Below are positions 18,237 to 27,718 of a DNA stretch of 64,000 nucleotides, piece by piece; positions within the stretch are counted from its first letter, which is position 1, and every line of letters begins with the position of its first letter. A model generated the notes under the pieces. It was not told the DNA's origin and searched no databases. It saw only the letters and a list, made by a program, of their open reading frames with translations. Origin of the DNA: Dehalococcoidia bacterium (lineage in GTDB: Bacteria; Chloroflexota; Dehalococcoidia; Lucifugimonadales; UBA3495); the NCBI GenBank assembly GCA_965203835.1, contig OZ241919.1, positions 852,188 through 916,187 on the forward strand. The letters run 5' to 3'. Position numbers and translations under genes: made by a program.

Positions 18237-20306
18237 CTATTCCCTCAATCTGGAAACCAGACGGCGGCCTAATGGGACGAAGAACGACGCTGCGAACACG
18301 GCCGCCCCCGCTATCAGGACCGGTATTGCCACGTCGTCCAGGCCACGGGCCAGGTTGCTGGTAAATGATACCAACAGGTCGCTGACCAGTCTCATTGCCG
18401 ATTCGGGAATATCGGCCTGGCCTCCGGCAGCCTGGTCCAGCAAGTCGGCTCCCCTGTCAGGGACAACGGACTGCACCAGTTTCGCAATGGCGAAGTATAT
18501 GATCCCGGCTATTGCCAAGCAGACCCCAACCCGGCGCAGCCCCCGGGCTAGGTCCGGCAGGTGAAGCAGAAGCATTCCCAGCGCGCTCCCTACCAGCAGC
18601 CCCAACCCCAATATCAGGCTGAGGCTTCTTCCCCTGCCGAGTTCCCGCCGAAACTCCGCCGCGGCGGCCCTGATGTCTGACGCGGCGGGCTCACCCATCA
18701 GGTCAATGAGTTCCAGCCTGTCGTCATCCAGCGTTTCAGCCCGGAACCGCTCGATTTCATCGTCCAGGACCGGCCCTGCCACCGCCGGCGCCGCGGCCTT
18801 CAACGCCTCTCGCATGTTGCCAGCCACAAACTCGGTGCGGATTTGCTCCCGGCCTTCCTGCAGTCCCCGCACAACGCGGGGGTCCAAGCCGGCGTGAGCA
18901 AGCAAGCCGCCATCGAAGGGCATCACCAGCTTTGGTGCGCCGAACACCGCATCAAAAACGAACTCCCGGCATGGTCTGGACAGCATTTTGGCAGAAGGTA
19001 TGGACGCCGGGGTCCCGCCCGCAACGATTTCATCGTACACGGCAGCATACCGCTCGCCCGCTTGCACCAGTCGGTCCGGGGAGCAACCCGGCTCCCCGGG
19101 ATCCTCTTCCGGTATTCGGTCCAAGACTTGCCCGACGGAGACCGCCGCGACCGGGGCCGCGGCCCTTAACGCCTCCCGCGTATCGCCAGCCACAAAAGCC
19201 TCTCGGATTTCATCCTGCCGCTCTTCCAGTCCTTGTATGATCCGGGGGTCCAAGCCGCCGCTGGCAAGTAAGCCGCCTGCCGCGCCCGGACTGCCAAAGA
19301 CCGTGGCGAACACAGACTCGCGGCAAGACGGGGATAGCGCACCGGCTGACGGGATGGACGCCGGTGCTTCGCCTGCGGCGATTTGACGGTACACGGCAGA
19401 GTACCGCTGCCCCAAATGCGCCAGCCGGGACGGAGAACAGTCCGGTGCCTCCTCAAGCTCTTCTTCGGGTATATGGTCTATGCGTTGTTCAACCACTACC
19501 TCAAGCGCCGGCGCCGCGGCTTTCAACGCCTCACGCATGTCGCCCGCAACAAACTCGGCCCGAATCGCCTCCTCGTTCTCCTGCAGCCCTTGGACGATCC
19601 GGGCATCCAAGCCGGCATGAGCGAGAAGACCGCCGCCGCCAAAGGGCATCGTCAGCTCCGGGGCGCCAAAAGCAGCATCGAAAACAAACTCCCGGCACGG
19701 CTCAGTAAGCGCCTTGGCCGACGGTATGGCCGTTGGCGATCTACCCGCCCGGACTTGGTCCATTATCTCTGCATACCGTTCCCACAGTTGCACTGCACGG
19801 TCGGGGGAGCAGCCGGGGTCCTGCGGTTCTTCCTCCGGCATCTCGCCGATACGCCTCTGGACGAAAGCCGCTGCAACCGGCTTCACTCTCGCCACCGCCG
19901 GCCCCAGGTCCACGTATATCCTCAATTCTCCGGCACGATCCGTTTCCGAGCCGCTGTCATCCTCTCGCAGGTACCCGATGACGGTATCTATCACCCCTTC
20001 GACCTGCGCCCGCAGGTACTCCGGCGGCGCAACGTCCCTGAAGATGCCGACAAGGTCTTCATGGCTGACTAGTCCCGTGGGGAAAAGCTGCGCTGAAGCT
20101 TGCCGTACTTCGGTGTCCAACATCACTTCATCGTAGATGCGGTTGTAGGTGTCCTGCTCGGCAATCACGTCGGCGTAAAAGTCGACGTTCAGCAGCTTGT
20201 CTGACACCAACCGGTCGACCGTCAATATGCCTACCGCCAGGAACACCGCCAGTCCCAGCGTAAAGGTCAGCAGGGGCCTGACGACCCAGCGAAAAAGAAA
20301 GAACAT
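18237..20306 (-). CDS. membrane protein with three tandem 120-aa Cys-pair repeats
   Basis: One N-terminal hydrophobic helix and several C-terminal ones. Residues about 147-507 form three repeats, each with P(E/D)CSP(D/S)R...IPSA..L..(P/S)CRE.VF...GLD.R..QGL.E....IR.EFVAGxxREAL(K/R)AAAP. Confidence 0.7.
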   Translation of the reverse strand: MFFLFRWVVRPLLTFTLGLAVFLAVGILTVDRLVSDKLLNVDFYADVIAEQDTYNRIYDEVMLDTEVRQASAQLFPTGLVSHEDLVGIFRDVAPPEYLRAQVEGVIDTVIGYLREDDSGSETDRAGELRIYVDLGPAVARVKPVAAAFVQRRIGEMPEEEPQDPGCSPDRAVQLWERYAEIMDQVRAGRSPTAIPSAKALTEPCREFVFDAAFGAPELTMPFGGGGLLAHAGLDARIVQGLQENEEAIRAEFVAGDMREALKAAAPALEVVVEQRIDHIPEEELEEAPDCSPSRLAHLGQRYSAVYRQIAAGEAPASIPSAGALSPSCRESVFATVFGSPGAAGGLLASGGLDPRIIQGLEERQDEIREAFVAGDTREALRAAAPVAAVSVGQVLDRIPEEDPGEPGCSPDRLVQAGERYAAVYDEIVAGGTPASIPSAKMLSRPCREFVFDAVFGAPKLVMPFDGGLLAHAGLDPRVVRGLQEGREQIRTEFVAGNMREALKAAAPAVAGPVLDDEIERFRAETLDDDRLELIDLMGEPAASDIRAAAAEFRRELGRGRSLSLILGLGLLVGSALGMLLLHLPDLARGLRRVGVCLAIAGIIYFAIAKLVQSVVPDRGADLLDQAAGGQADIPESAMRLVSDLLVSFTSNLARGLDDVAIPVLIAGAAVFAASFFVPLGRRLVSRLRE

Positions 20307-20318
20307 CTCACCGGCCCG

Positions 20319-21176
20319 CTAGAAGTTGGACCTCATCTCCCGGAGCCGCCTTACCCGCTCGGCTATCGGCGGGTGGGTGGAGAACAAGCTGGCCATGGAG
20401 CGGCCGCTGAGGGGATTAACTATGAAGAGGTGGGACGCGCCCTCGGCCACCTTCATCGGCCGTACCTCGCTGCCCATCTCAAGCTTCTCCAACGCGCTGG
20501 CCAGGGCGTAAGCATCGCCGGAGGTGCGGGCGCCGGTGGCGTCCGCTTGAAATTCCCGAGTTCTGGATATGGCCGCTTGCACCAAGGCCGCCGCTATGGG
20601 CATCACGATAGCCGCCACCAACAGGCCTATGATCCCTCCGCCGTGGTCATCGTCGTCCTGATGGCCGCCAAAACCTCCGAAAATCGCCGATATTTGGGCC
20701 ATAAAGGCCAGCATGGATATGGCGCCGGCAAAGGTCGCCACCACCGCCATAATCAGGGTGTCCCGGTTGCCGACGTGGGCCATTTCGTGGGCCAGCACCG
20801 CTCCCAGTTCCCGCCGGTCAAGAATGCGTCGTATGCCCGTGGTCACTGCGACGGTCGCACGTTTGGGGCTGCGCCCGGTAGCAAAGGCGTTGGGCGAGTC
20901 GCTGTCGATTTCGTAGACCTGGGGCATCGGCAGACCGGCCAATTCCGCTTGCTCCGCCACGATCCGGTACAGTTCCGGGTCTTCCTCTTCGGTTACTGGA
21001 TGGGCGTGGGCCATCTTCAAGGCGATGCGGTCGCTGAACCAGTACGCCCCGAAGTTCATGATCAGCGCAAAGAACAGCGCGATGATCAGGCCGCCCTGCC
21101 CTCCCAGCAGCCCGCCCACCATCAGCAGCAGGCTCGTCATTACCATCAGCAAGAAGAAAGTCTTGATAGTGTTCAT
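20319..21176 (-). CDS. htpX: zinc metalloprotease HtpX (M48 family)
   Basis: HEMAH zinc motif, multiple TM segments, and SPNAFATG and STHPP motifs. Confidence 0.85.
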   Translation of the reverse strand: MNTIKTFFLLMVMTSLLLMVGGLLGGQGGLIIALFFALIMNFGAYWFSDRIALKMAHAHPVTEEEDPELYRIVAEQAELAGLPMPQVYEIDSDSPNAFATGRSPKRATVAVTTGIRRILDRRELGAVLAHEMAHVGNRDTLIMAVVATFAGAISMLAFMAQISAIFGGFGGHQDDDDHGGGIIGLLVAAIVMPIAAALVQAAISRTREFQADATGARTSGDAYALASALEKLEMGSEVRPMKVAEGASHLFIVNPLSGRSMASLFSTHPPIAERVRRLREMRSNF

Positions 21177-21269
21177 ATCGTCATCTCAAAGCCCCCCAAT
21201 GGCAACGCCACGGTAAAACCGGAAACCGTGGCGCTGGTGTTGGCGAGGTTGATTTTCCGGTCTACACGG

Positions 21270-21653
21270 TCAATAGCTGGCCCACCAATAGGCCTGCTGA
21301 ATATAATCTCCAACGTCTCCGATCAATGATTCAATTACTCTCGGTCTATCCATCGACCCCCAATAGAAACACCTGCCATACAATGTACCCTGGAAGTCAA
21401 AGTATGATCGCCGCAACTCATTTAATCGAGGGTCATCATCGCTCAAGTAAATCAATTCGTCCGTCACTTGTGGCGAACGTTCCGGCAATCTATCGGTTCG
21501 AGCCAATGCCAATGCCGTAGTCGCTCTGTTCACCGCGCCCCAAGCCTTCTCGGCAGCATCTCGGAGATCTCCCTTTTCCATCAGGCTTAAAGCGGACTCG
21601 TGCAGACTCCTAGCGTCGTTGAAAAGCTCCCGGACATCCTGGGCTTCAACCAT
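21270..21653 (-). CDS. PaREP1/HEPN-like small helical protein (paralog 2 of 3)
   Basis: Has DLRDAAEKAWGAVNRATTAL...LYGRCFY...VGDYI. One hand-counted 60-nt line gives about 43% GC. Confidence 0.55.
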   Translation of the reverse strand: MVEAQDVRELFNDARSLHESALSLMEKGDLRDAAEKAWGAVNRATTALALARTDRLPERSPQVTDELIYLSDDDPRLNELRRSYFDFQGTLYGRCFYWGSMDRPRVIESLIGDVGDYIQQAYWWASY

Positions 21654-21750
21654 TCTTATATCGCCTCTGCCGATTTCCTGAAATTATAGTTTCTGCTCCG
21701 CACATACTCAACATGAGTAAAGGTCACTTTTCTCCAAAGCCGCCTCTCGA

Positions 21751-21780
21751 TTGACACCCAACAACGGCTGGTGATATGTT
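21751..21780 (+). promoter_or_regulatory. candidate promoter TTGACA-18-(TGa)TATGTT for etfBA
   Basis: Consensus -35 at 21751-21756 and an extended -10 at 21772-21780, 33 nt upstream of the etfB ATG. Confidence 0.4.
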
Positions 21781-21812
21781 TCCCGCAGCCTCAAATAAAG
21801 GGAGTATCAGCT

Positions 21813-22613
21813 ATGCCGGTGAACATCGCCGTGCTGGCCAAACAGGTCGTAGACCCTGAAATGCCTATGGCGGCGTTCCGCATAGACGCCGACGCAAAAG
21901 CGGTCGTGCCGCCCCCCAATATCCCCCCGGTAGTCAACGGATTCGACGAAAACGCCGTGGAAGCCGCCCTCCAGATTAAGGACTCCCAAGAGGCCTCCAT
22001 CACAGTAATATCTACGGGCACCTCCTTCGCCCTGGATGTAATGAAGAAGCCGCTTTCCATGGGGGCCGACGAGTTGGTGCTGCTCCAAGACGACGCCTTC
22101 CAGAATTCCATCGACAGTTTTTTCACCGCCCAGCTTCTTGCTGCGGCGATACGAAAACTGGGCGGGTTCGACCTGATCATTTGCGGGCGTCAAGCGTCGG
22201 ACTGGGACAACGCCCAAGTGCCCTTGGGCGTGGCCGAAATTCTGGGCCTGTCCTGCGTTTCCCTTGGCAAGAAAGTTGAAGTCACAGACGGCCACGTAAC
22301 CGTGGAGCGCGTAACGCCCGACGGATATGAAGTGATCGAAGCACCCCTGCCCGCTCTGGTGACCGTCAGCAACGAGCTTGGCCAGCCGCGCTACCCCACG
22401 TTGCGCGGCATCATGGCCGCCACCAGGAAGAGGCCGACCATCTGGAGTTCCGAGGACCTTGAGATGGATACCGCCCAGCTCCAACCCCGCGTCACCCTCC
22501 AGGACCTGTTTGTGCCCGTGCGGGACCAACAGTGTGAAATCATCGAGGGTGAGGACGACGCCGACGCCGGCAGGCAATTGGCCCTGAAGCTCAGGGAAGC
22601 CAAGCTCATCTGA
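21813..22613 (+). CDS. etfB: electron transfer flavoprotein, beta subunit
   Basis: N-terminus MPVNIAVLAKQVVDPE, then ...DLIICGRQASDWDNAQV. It is followed by etfA. Confidence 0.85.
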   Translation: MPVNIAVLAKQVVDPEMPMAAFRIDADAKAVVPPPNIPPVVNGFDENAVEAALQIKDSQEASITVISTGTSFALDVMKKPLSMGADELVLLQDDAFQNSIDSFFTAQLLAAAIRKLGGFDLIICGRQASDWDNAQVPLGVAEILGLSCVSLGKKVEVTDGHVTVERVTPDGYEVIEAPLPALVTVSNELGQPRYPTLRGIMAATRKRPTIWSSEDLEMDTAQLQPRVTLQDLFVPVRDQQCEIIEGEDDADAGRQLALKLREAKLI

Positions 22614-22641
22614 ATTATTTGCATCTTTCAACGGAGGTACG

Positions 22642-23640
22642 ATGGCTGAGGCACAAGGCATTCTGGTCCTGGGAGATTCCGCGGAGAATGAACTCAGTTC
22701 CGTTTCCAAGGAGTTGCTGGCTGCCGGTCGCAGACTGGCCGACGACCTGGGCGAAGAACTGGCCATCGCCCTTTTGGGCGACACGCTGGACCAGCCCTCC
22801 CGGCAAGCCATCAGCCACGGCGCGGACAAGGTCTATGCAGTCAACCATCCCGGTCTGGCCGAGTATCAGGTCGAACTGTACCTGTCCGCCATGGAAGCCC
22901 TCGCCAAGGACGTCTCTCCCAGAGTCATTCTCATCGGGCGCACCAACCAAGGGCGTGAACTGGCGCCCCGCTTGGCCTTTCGCTTGGGAGTAGGACTGGC
23001 CCAGGACTGCTTGGAAGTGTCGGTGGACTCGGCCTCCGGGACCCTGTTCGCCAACCGTCCGGTCTACGGCGGCAACGCCGTCGCCGTGGTCAGTTGCAAT
23101 TACACTCCGCAGGTCGCTGCCATCCGGCCAAAGGTCTACGAGCCGATGGAACCCGACAACTCCCGCCAAGGCCTGGTCGTGTCCTTCCCGGTGGAACTGG
23201 ACATGGCCCAAGCCCGTAGCAAGGTCGTTGACGTTGTGGCCGAAGAGTCGGAAGGGATTAAACTGGAGGAAGCCCGCATCGTGGTCTCGGGTGGCCGGGG
23301 ACTGGGCGGCCCGGAACCCTTCCAGGACCTGGAACAACTGGCCAAGGCACTGGGTGGCGCGGTGGGCGCTTCCCGGGCGGCGGTGGACTCCGGATGGGTG
23401 CCTTCCAGCTATCAGGTCGGGTTGACCGGCAAGACCATCACCCCGGAAGTCTACATCACCGTGGCCATCTCCGGCGCCAGCCAGCACATGGCCGGTTGCT
23501 CCGGCGCCAAGGTAATCGTCGCCATCAACAAGGACGCCGAGGCAAACATCTTCAAAGAGGCCCGCTACGGCGTGGTCGGCGACTGGCAGGAAATAGTGCC
23601 AGCCTTCACCGAAGCCGTTCGAGAGTTGGTGCAGGACTAA
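22642..23640 (+). CDS. etfA: electron transfer flavoprotein, alpha subunit
   Basis: C-terminal FAD-binding signature [11 protein letters not shown]...[28 protein letters not shown]. Confidence 0.85.
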   Translation: MAEAQGILVLGDSAENELSSVSKELLAAGRRLADDLGEELAIALLGDTLDQPSRQAISHGADKVYAVNHPGLAEYQVELYLSAMEALAKDVSPRVILIGRTNQGRELAPRLAFRLGVGLAQDCLEVSVDSASGTLFANRPVYGGNAVAVVSCNYTPQVAAIRPKVYEPMEPDNSRQGLVVSFPVELDMAQARSKVVDVVAEESEGIKLEEARIVVSGGRGLGGPEPFQDLEQLAKALGGAVGASRAAVDSGWVPSSYQVGLTGKTITPEVYITVAISGASQHMAGCSGAKVIVAINKDAEANIFKEARYGVVGDWQEIVPAFTEAVRELVQD

Positions 23641-23841
23641 TCTACCGGGCCATATCGTTCAGCTTCACCGACGCTCCGGTGCCGAATGTCCTCAGCCTGT
23701 TCCGGGATCAGCCGCATCCCCAAGGGCATCAGTAACCTTCGGCCAACCCGTCATTTCATTGCAGGAACGTCTTATTGCGGGAGCGTTGCCTGCTCACAGG
23801 AACGTCACATCCACGCAAGAACTTCCCCCGTTTCCACCAAC

Positions 23842-23889
23842 GTCATTCCCGCGCAGAGCCTGCCCTCGTGGAGACGGGGGCGGGAATCC
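23842..23889 (+). repeat. REP-like element with an expanded loop
   Basis: The arms gtcattcccgcgcag and cgggaatcc are split by agcctgccctcgtggagacggggg. Degenerate cgtca units lie upstream at 23748-23840. Confidence 0.7.
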
Positions 23890-23944
23890 AGGACCCTCAT
23901 AACAAATATAACGGCCTCAACCACCAATAACGGACGGACATAGC

Positions 23945-24922
23945 ATGAAAGCAGTATGGTATGAGCAAAACGGCCCCGCCGACGTCCTGCAAGTAGGCGA
24001 GATGGCTGACCCGCAACCGGGTCCCGGTGAAGTAAGGGTGCGGGTCATCTCCTCAGGCGTCAATCCCTCGGACTGGAAGCGCCGCCAGGGGCTGACCAGG
24101 CGCATCGACTTTCCCAGGGTCATACCCAACCAGGACGGCGCGGGAATCATCGAACAAGTGGGAAAGGGCGTCCCGGCGTCGCGGGTGGGCGAACGGGTCT
24201 GGCTTTTCGAGGCCCAGAACAACCGTCCCTTCGGCTCGGCGGCCGAGTACACCGTCCAACCAGCGGGCCACGCCGTTCTTCTCCCCGCCAACACTACCTT
24301 CACCGAAGGGGCTTGCCTGGGAGTTCCCGCCATGACCGCCCACCGCTGCGTCTTTGCCGACGGCCCGGTAGACGGAAAGACCGTGCTGGTCACCGGCGGC
24401 GCGGGAGCGGTCGGCAACTATGCCGTCCAACTTGCCAAATTGGCCGGTGCAACAGTCATCTCCACAGTCAGCTCAGGCGAGAAAGCCCGCATCGCCGTTG
24501 AAGCCGGCGCCGACCACACCGTCAACTATCGAACGGAAGACGTGGTGCAACGGGTGTCCGACATCACCGGCGGAGCAGGAGTGGACCTCATCGTCGAGGT
24601 TGACTTCGCCGCCAACTTCAACGTCAGCCGAGAGATTCTCGCCCCCAACAGCACGCTCGCCATCTACGCCGCCGGGACCGCCGCCCAGCCTCCGGTGCCC
24701 TTGGGCTTCAGGTCCAGCAACGTCAACGTCCGCTTCGTCCTGGTCTACGACATGCCCGAACCCGCCAAGGACGCCGCCGTCAAGGACATCAACGAACTGC
24801 TGGAGGCAGGAAAGCTGACCCACCTTCTGGGCCCGCGCTTTCCCTTCGAGTCAACCGCCGACGCCCACCGCGCCGTCGAAGGCGGCGCCATCGGCAACGT
24901 AACCATCGACGTAGGGACCTGA
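23945..24922 (+). CDS. NADPH:quinone oxidoreductase / zinc-type MDR dehydrogenase family
   Basis: N-terminus MKAVWYEQNGPADVLQVGEMADPQPGPGEVRVRV and nucleotide-binding motif VLVTGGAGAVGNYAVQLAK. Confidence 0.75.
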   Translation: MKAVWYEQNGPADVLQVGEMADPQPGPGEVRVRVISSGVNPSDWKRRQGLTRRIDFPRVIPNQDGAGIIEQVGKGVPASRVGERVWLFEAQNNRPFGSAAEYTVQPAGHAVLLPANTTFTEGACLGVPAMTAHRCVFADGPVDGKTVLVTGGAGAVGNYAVQLAKLAGATVISTVSSGEKARIAVEAGADHTVNYRTEDVVQRVSDITGGAGVDLIVEVDFAANFNVSREILAPNSTLAIYAAGTAAQPPVPLGFRSSNVNVRFVLVYDMPEPAKDAAVKDINELLEAGKLTHLLGPRFPFESTADAHRAVEGGAIGNVTIDVGT

Positions 24923-24931
24923 TTGGTCCAG

Positions 24932-25055
24932 CTAAGAAACTATCTCAAAACATGGCCCAGTACCCAAACAAACATAGTACAGCACCCAACTCGTCTTACA
25001 TCACCCAACCCGTCGTACAGCGCCCAACCCGTCATTCCCGCGCAGGCGGGAATCC
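24932..25055 (+). repeat. composite intergenic repeat: taagaaactatctcaaaac head, cccaac-cgtc units, perfect REP core
   Basis: Starts 10 nt after the upstream stop codon. The REP core gtcattcccgcgcaggcgggaatcc is at 25031-25055. Confidence 0.75.
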
Positions 25056-25088
25056 AAAAACCCAACCAAAGCCGGGAGGTACAGAGAT

Positions 25089-25826
25089 ATGGTCACCGCA
25101 TCAGCCCAACTGGAATCAGGAATGACCCGGTACGCCAGCCGGGACGGTACCCAGATCGACGCCTACCTGAGCCAGCCCGCCACCCCCGGCCAATACCCCG
25201 GCGTGATAGTCACCATGGAGGGCATGGGGCTGGAAGACCACATGAAGGAACTGTGCCGCCGTTTCGCCGAGCAGGGCTACATCGCCATCGCCCCCGACCT
25301 GTACACACGGGAGGGAAGGCCGGCCCCTGACAGAGTTCTGGAAGTCCTGTTTTCCGTTCCCGACTCCCAGACAATGGGCGACCTGGAAGGGGCGGCCATG
25401 TTCCTCAAGGGCCACGCCCACACCAACGGCAGGGTCGGCATCATCGGCTTCTGCTCCGGCGGCCGCTACACCCTCATGTTCGGCTGCACCAGCAGCAACG
25501 TTAACGCGGCGGTCGACTCCGCCGGCGGCCACATCATCCCAGACGAATTGACCGAGGCTAGGCCGGTGGCCGCCGTTGACATGGTCGCCAACCTCAACTG
25601 CCCGCTACTGGCATTGTTCGGCGAGGAAGACCCCAACCCGTCACCGGAACACGCCGCCCGCCTGAAGCAGGAGCTTGACGCACACAGCAAGGACTACGAG
25701 TTCGTACACTACCCCAACGCGGGCCACGCCTTCTTCGCCGACTACCGCCCCAGCTATCGAGCCGCCCCGGCCCAGGATATGTGGCACCGCGTTCTGCTTT
25801 TCTACGAGAAGCACCTCAAGGGGTAA
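25089..25826 (+). CDS. dienelactone hydrolase family protein
   Basis: GGGAGG RBS. Sequence PGVIVTMEGMGLEDHMKELCRRFAEQGYIAIAPDLY, nucleophile-elbow region GFCSGG, and a C-terminal YPNAGHAF. Confidence 0.75.
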   Translation: MVTASAQLESGMTRYASRDGTQIDAYLSQPATPGQYPGVIVTMEGMGLEDHMKELCRRFAEQGYIAIAPDLYTREGRPAPDRVLEVLFSVPDSQTMGDLEGAAMFLKGHAHTNGRVGIIGFCSGGRYTLMFGCTSSNVNAAVDSAGGHIIPDELTEARPVAAVDMVANLNCPLLALFGEEDPNPSPEHAARLKQELDAHSKDYEFVHYPNAGHAFFADYRPSYRAAPAQDMWHRVLLFYEKHLKG

Positions 25827-25845
25827 AGCACTCCGGCAGAGCGGC

Positions 25846-27534
25846 TCAGGCCTCTATGCGCCCTTCCTGAGGCTGGGTCCAAGGCAGATTGTAGAGAGGC
25901 GCAAATTGCGGCGCCCTGGATATCGGCATGTCTCTAAACGGTACGTCGATGACCACCGGCGCTTGCCGTTCCAGCGCCGACGGGATCAGCGTTTCAAGTT
26001 CCATCGGGCCTTCCGCCCTCATACCTACTGCGCCGAACGACTCGGCGAACTTGACGAAGTCCGGGTTGTGCAGGTCGGTCTCGTAAGTCCCTCCGAACAC
26101 GTCCTCCAAGTCGCGGGCGACATTACCGTAGGAGTCGTTCCTGAATACTACGGTTACTACATTGATCCCGTACTTGACCGCCGTGGAAAGCTCGGACGCG
26201 TTAAACATGAACCCGCCGTCTCCGGCCATGCAAATAACGGGACGATCGGGCTGAGCGATTTTCACCCCCAGCGCCGTGGGGAAACCGTAGCCAAGATTGA
26301 ACGAATAGCCGGAGTCAATGTAAGTCTTTGGATGATTGACCTTGTAGTGGGTCCGCGCGTAGTAACCGAACTGCGTAATATCCCATACTATGAAAGCGTC
26401 CTCCGGGATGCCGTTCTGCATCGCCTCCAGCACTGCGTACTGCGGCTCCTTAAGCCGAATGTCGTAGTAGGCAATAAGATTCCTGGCCGCAACAACAGCC
26501 GCCGCGGGCGAGGGCCGGCGCCCCGCTCCGGCCTCCACCAAGAATGGCAGTATGGCCTCGACCGTCGCCTTGGCGTCGCCGTGCAGTGGGATAGTGTTGG
26601 ACTGGACTCTGGTGAGTTCGGCGTCGTCTATGTTTATGTTCACCAGCGTGGACCTCTCTCCGGCGGGGTTGCCCAACGAAAACCGCGCGCCGATTCCTAT
26701 AACCACATCTGCCGATTGCATCACCCCATAAAGTTGGTTCATCTCTTGTCTCTCGCCCCGTGGGCTAAAGCACGAGCCGTAAGACAGGGGATGATTGTCG
26801 GGAATGGTCCCCTTGCCGCCGCTGGACGTAACCACGGGTATGTTCGTCGCCTCGGCCAGCTTGACAAGAGCCTCTTCAGCATTGGACCGGGCCACACCTC
26901 CTCCAGCGAATATCACCGGCGTGCGGGATTCAGCAATAATGGCCGCTGCTTCCCGAAGATCTTCCGGGCTGGGCACAATCCGCGGGATACGGGCGGGATC
27001 CCGCAGCGTCACTTCCTCTTGCTCCACCCCGGCGTCGGGCGGTATCTCAATCAGAACGGGACGGGGCCGACCGGTGCGCATCTGCCTGAAAGCCTCGAAC
27101 ACGGCGTCCGGGACTTCCCGCGGCCTGAGCGCCTGGCGCTGCCACTTTGTCACCGAACGCACTGTGCTCCCCTGGTCCAATATCTCGTGGACTGCCCCAA
27201 GGCCCTTGCCCATTGCGCCCCGCGGGACTTGGCCGGCGATGAGGAGCACGGGCGAGGAGCGGGAGTAGGCATTAGTCAAGCCGGAGGCGGCATTGTAAAG
27301 ACCGACACCCGGCACCACCAAGGCCACGCCCGGTTTTCCCGAAGCGCGGGCATAGCCGTCGGCCATGTATGTCGTGGCCTGTTCGTGCCGCGTAGTGATC
27401 ATGCGGATGCCCGGTTCGTCCCGCAACGCGGCGATGATTCCGTATATCTGTATACCCGGAATTCCGAATACTACGTCTACGCCTTCCCTTACGAGTGATT
27501 TGACTAGGGCTTCACCCCCACTCATTTTGACCAT
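25846..27534 (-). CDS. thiamine pyrophosphate-binding protein (acetolactate synthase large subunit-like)
   Basis: N-terminus GGEALVKSLVREGVDVVFGIPG and the TPP motif GDGGFMFNASELSTAVKYGINVVTVVFRND. Confidence 0.8.
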   Translation of the reverse strand: MVKMSGGEALVKSLVREGVDVVFGIPGIQIYGIIAALRDEPGIRMITTRHEQATTYMADGYARASGKPGVALVVPGVGLYNAASGLTNAYSRSSPVLLIAGQVPRGAMGKGLGAVHEILDQGSTVRSVTKWQRQALRPREVPDAVFEAFRQMRTGRPRPVLIEIPPDAGVEQEEVTLRDPARIPRIVPSPEDLREAAAIIAESRTPVIFAGGGVARSNAEEALVKLAEATNIPVVTSSGGKGTIPDNHPLSYGSCFSPRGERQEMNQLYGVMQSADVVIGIGARFSLGNPAGERSTLVNINIDDAELTRVQSNTIPLHGDAKATVEAILPFLVEAGAGRRPSPAAAVVAARNLIAYYDIRLKEPQYAVLEAMQNGIPEDAFIVWDITQFGYYARTHYKVNHPKTYIDSGYSFNLGYGFPTALGVKIAQPDRPVICMAGDGGFMFNASELSTAVKYGINVVTVVFRNDSYGNVARDLEDVFGGTYETDLHNPDFVKFAESFGAVGMRAEGPMELETLIPSALERQAPVVIDVPFRDMPISRAPQFAPLYNLPWTQPQEGRIEA

Positions 27535-27718
27535 GTTTAATAAACCTTGTTTAGACTGTCTGCTGCGTTACTCGCTCAAAAACGCCAGCAACTCCCGGTT
27601 CACCGCCCGGGGGCACTCCCACTGTAGAAAATGGACGCGGTCCCGCACGGTTTAACTGTCCTCCACGTCCATTTGCAAAATCAGGTATTCACAGCGTGAA
27701 CCCCCGTCCCTCCCATTC

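Noticed and set aside
25675-27498. Very long ORFs antisense to recognised genes. Examples: 25675..27498 (607 aa), 61316..63106 (596 aa), 3898..5262 (454 aa), 6836..8113, 16919..18019, 29759..30973 and 41931..43283.
   Set aside because: They overlap genes with clear family motifs on the other strand. They are Arg/Gly/Pro/Ala/His-rich with no motifs or RBS. This is the typical stop-codon-poor antisense frame of GC-rich DNA.
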